NCBI GenBank assembly: GCA_019058445.1
Contig: JAHPZA010000009.1
Coordinates: forward strand, 32,001 to 96,000
Length of the DNA: 64,000 bases
Origin: Promethearchaeota archaeon
Lineage (GTDB): Archaea; Asgardarchaeota; Lokiarchaeia; Sigyniarchaeales; SOKP01
Direction: 5' to 3'
The notes under the pieces: model-generated
What the model saw: the letters and a program-made list of their open reading frames with translations, nothing else
Database searches by the model: none
What the model was told of the DNA's origin: nothing
Part shown: positions 61,175-64,000 of the stretch, one piece after another
How positions within the stretch are numbered: position 1 is the first letter of the stretch
Layout: every line of letters begins with the position of its first letter
Translations under genes and position numbers: made by a program

Positions 61175-61554
61175 AATTTTTAAATTTTTTCTAATATTTA
61201 CATTTAATGACTAATATCTATTATTTAATTAAGTTACAAGTATTTTAAAGGTCAATACACATTTTTTTTAAAAGATTTTACTAAGCTCAAAAAGAAAAAT
61301 GGAATGAATATAAGAAAGTTTTTTTCTATATCAATTGAAAACTTTGATATTAAAATTATAAATTGATAAGTTAAAAATATAGATTATATTAAACCTAAGG
61401 ATAAGCTACTTATATTATTTTAAATAAAATCATCTTTTGAGCAAAAAAAAAAAATAAGAAGAGAATAAAAATAAATAATTAAAAAATACATATTTTGATA
61501 TAATTTAATATTCAAGCTTTTTAAAATTAAAGAAAGAATTTACATTAAAGAATA

Positions 61555-63408
61555 ATGGGAGAAAGTTTAATAAAAGAGAAAGCAAGTAAAAAAGAAATAA
61601 TATCTAAAGAAGCAAAATTAATCAATTTAGCTGAAATTGCTTGGGGAAAGACTTTACAAGAATTTTATTATCCCCCTCTTGAGCTGCCCAATTTTGTGTT
61701 TGATTATACCCATAAAGAAGGTTTTTACATTGATCCGGATCGTAAGTGGCAAATTACCATGAATTTAGCAAATACGCCACTTTTTAGAGACGAGGAAGAT
61801 TATATTAAATATTTTCATGCGATTTCTATGCATGAAGTATCTCACTATGAGATCATTCCGTATGACGGATTAATTCACGCTAAATTGCTTAAAGCTGCAA
61901 TGAAACATGTTAATTCTAATTTTGCACCAATAGTTGTAAATATCTTTGCTGATTTGATAATTGATACGTTGTTATTTAAAAAATATCCTGAATTAATGCT
62001 TTGGGAATTGAGAAAGGGATATGAACATATCACTGAAAGATATAAGGATAAATTAAGTGATTTTTCAAAATTTCTTTTTAGATCTTATGAAAAAATGTGG
62101 AACGAGCACTTAATTAACAAAAATTTAAGTTCAAAAGTTAGTAAAGTTAAAGAAATTATTACAAATTCAATGTCTGCTAAAGAAAAGTCAGATGTATTAA
62201 GAGATAACTCTATTTCTGAAAAGGAGTTGCACCAAATTGAAATTTATAATTCTCTTTCAAAAGTAGATAATTTGGCAAATAAAGTGACTAAGGAAATCTT
62301 AAAGAATTTTGAGGATGAAACAACATGGGAAAAAAAAGTGGCAAACATTTCAAGAATGTTAAAGAATATGATTAATGATACATTCACTTTAGTTGGCAGA
62401 TATGTTAAAGTCGAGGAAGGAAAAGAAAGAAGAAAAGCTCCAGGAAAAGGAGGAGGAAGTATAGATATTCCCGAAGATATCATCGAAATAATGGATAATC
62501 CTCTTGAAAATAAAAATCGTGATAAATTAAAGCAAGATAATGAAGATGAGTTAAGGCAAAAGAGCGAGGAGTTTGCAAAAGAGACCCCTTATTCTGAATT
62601 TGGATCTCCAGCAGATCAAGCAGGGATCTTAATAGATGGGAGCCCTTTAGCTACTTGGTATCGGGGATTAGCCAAAAATCTTATTGAAATCAAAATTTAT
62701 GAAGAAAAATCTGGTGGGCAATTACCTATATATCCAGATATCTGGAGGATTGGTGATCCTATAGAAGATTTGGATGTGGTTCAAACTCTTTTAAATAGCC
62801 CTGTTATAATTCCAAATATAACTACGCGTAAATGGATCTTTAAGGAAGGTCCCGGACATATGATTGAAAAACAAATCCCCGATTTATTAATTGTACTTGA
62901 TTCCTCCGGCTCAATGATGTGGAACTATACAGCTAAAACTGACGCGGGAAGAGGTCCTTATCACACAGCTTTAGTTGCTTCATTTGCAGCGTTACATTAC
63001 GCAGCAAGTAAAGGTGTAAAATTTAGTATAATAAATTTTTCAGGTCGGCCGGATACATGCCAATGGACCTCAGATTATCATATAGCAGAGCAAACACTTT
63101 TAAGATACCAAGGAAGTGGAACAGTTTTACCCATAAAAACTATAGCGACTCAATGTGAAAAAGCAGAAGGAAAGGTATTAGTTTTCATAATAACTGATTT
63201 TGGGATTCATAATTGGGGTAAAGCCAAAAAAATTATGATTGAATTATCAAAAAGAGGTCATAAAATTGTTGGATTTTTTATTGGTGCTACATCTATTCCC
63301 AAAGCTCAATTTAAAGCCTTGCTAGATAAGGTCACATTTTATCCTATAAAAAATTCCAGAGATCTCATTAATCTAGTGATAGAGGAAGTCAAAAAGTACT
63401 ATTTTTAA
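61555..63408 (+). CDS. VWA-domain protein with N-terminal HExxH metallopeptidase-like domain (likely MoxR partner)
   Basis: 'HEVSH...N(x)D'; MIDAS 'LDSSGSM', 'GSGT', 'IITD'. Confidence 0.85.
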   Translation: MGESLIKEKASKKEIISKEAKLINLAEIAWGKTLQEFYYPPLELPNFVFDYTHKEGFYIDPDRKWQITMNLANTPLFRDEEDYIKYFHAISMHEVSHYEIIPYDGLIHAKLLKAAMKHVNSNFAPIVVNIFADLIIDTLLFKKYPELMLWELRKGYEHITERYKDKLSDFSKFLFRSYEKMWNEHLINKNLSSKVSKVKEIITNSMSAKEKSDVLRDNSISEKELHQIEIYNSLSKVDNLANKVTKEILKNFEDETTWEKKVANISRMLKNMINDTFTLVGRYVKVEEGKERRKAPGKGGGSIDIPEDIIEIMDNPLENKNRDKLKQDNEDELRQKSEEFAKETPYSEFGSPADQAGILIDGSPLATWYRGLAKNLIEIKIYEEKSGGQLPIYPDIWRIGDPIEDLDVVQTLLNSPVIIPNITTRKWIFKEGPGHMIEKQIPDLLIVLDSSGSMMWNYTAKTDAGRGPYHTALVASFAALHYAASKGVKFSIINFSGRPDTCQWTSDYHIAEQTLLRYQGSGTVLPIKTIATQCEKAEGKVLVFIITDFGIHNWGKAKKIMIELSKRGHKIVGFFIGATSIPKAQFKALLDKVTFYPIKNSRDLINLVIEEVKKYYF

Positions 63409-63492
63409 TAGAATTAACAATATTACAAAAAATTTTGTTCTTAATCAAATCAAAAAACATATATAGTTCAAACTTATGTCTTAATTAATTCT

Positions 63493-64000
63493 ATGTCAAT
63501 CAAAATTTTATTGCTAGAACGTTCCGCCTACCAAAGAATATTATTTTCAAATATGCTCTCGTCGCATAAGAGTATTAATACTGTAATTGTGGCGAGAAAT
63601 GCAAAAGACGCATTTGAACGCATCATTCGAGATAAACCTGATGTTTGGATTATTGATATAGGACTTACTGAATTAAATGATCTAAAGATCATTCAAACTC
63701 TAATTAAAAAGTTCTCTATTCCTACAATTTTTTTAATTCCTACTCATTTAAAAACAGAAGAACCGCCACTTAAAGCACTAATTTCAATTGCTTTTGATTT
63801 TATTATTAAACCTAGTGGGATTTGGAAAGACGAAATCCCAAAGATTAAAGATGAATTAATATCTAAAACATTATTAGCTTCTAAGTCTAATAGAGAGAAA
63901 CCAGCCGATGCAGTTAAAATAAGTAATGAAATACTAGCTGAGCATATTCATAATATTTCATCTAAAGAAAAAGAGAAATTAGAGGGGGGAGAGCAGTTAA
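63493..64000 (+). CDS. CheB-type receiver-domain protein, 3'-truncated (not in ORF track)
   Basis: MSIKILLLERSAYQRILFSNML...ARNAKDAFERIIRDKPDVWIIDIG...AFDFIIKPSG...IKDELISK; frame open to the window end. Confidence 0.7.
   Translation, partial: MSIKILLLERSAYQRILFSNMLSSHKSINTVIVARNAKDAFERIIRDKPDVWIIDIGLTELNDLKIIQTLIKKFSIPTIFLIPTHLKTEEPPLKALISIAFDFIIKPSGIWKDEIPKIKDELISKTLLASKSNREKPADAVKISNEILAEHIHNISSKEKEKLEGGEQL

Noticed and set aside
58508-61555. TAAAGAATAA at both 58508-58517 and 61546-61555, a possible target-site duplication around the two-gene insert
   Set aside because: A 10-mer of almost only A/T is expected by chance in such AT-rich spacers; no transposase or terminal inverted repeats.
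979-62483. Numerous 60-105-aa ORFs in the track that overlap long genes on the opposite strand or in another frame
   Set aside because: Shadow ORFs of well-supported genes, with no motifs and composition typical of antisense frames.
1-64000. CRISPR array, IS element, integrase or att site next to the tRNA
   Set aside because: No regularly spaced direct repeats, no recombinase or transposase motifs, and no duplicate of the tRNA 3' end were seen.

Overview
AT-rich, gene-dense archaeal chromosome segment. Gene content points to Asgard archaea, most likely Lokiarchaeia (inference): Loki-CTERM-like anchor, small Ras-superfamily GTPase, longin-like domains, LRR and TPR proteins, Nre, PAC2, DUF2070 and an intron-containing tRNA. 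It holds about 47 protein genes (the first probably 5'-truncated, the last 3'-truncated) and one tRNA-Ala(GGC). I found no CRISPR array, transposase, integrase or rRNA. Four observations stand out. (1) Two single-pass membrane proteins have unrelated ectodomains but the same cytoplasmic longin + winged-helix module, suggesting receptor-like GTPase regulators. (2) A small GTPase is translationally coupled to a protein whose uDENN/longin-type 'FD-x3-GP' N-terminus appears only if a CTG start missed by the ORF track is used. (3) The tRNA-Ala carries a 30-nt intron at the non-canonical D-loop junction 15/16, directly after the archaeosine site G15. (4) Several membrane proteins have unusual fusions or repeats. 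All family assignments come from reading motifs by eye; no searches were run.
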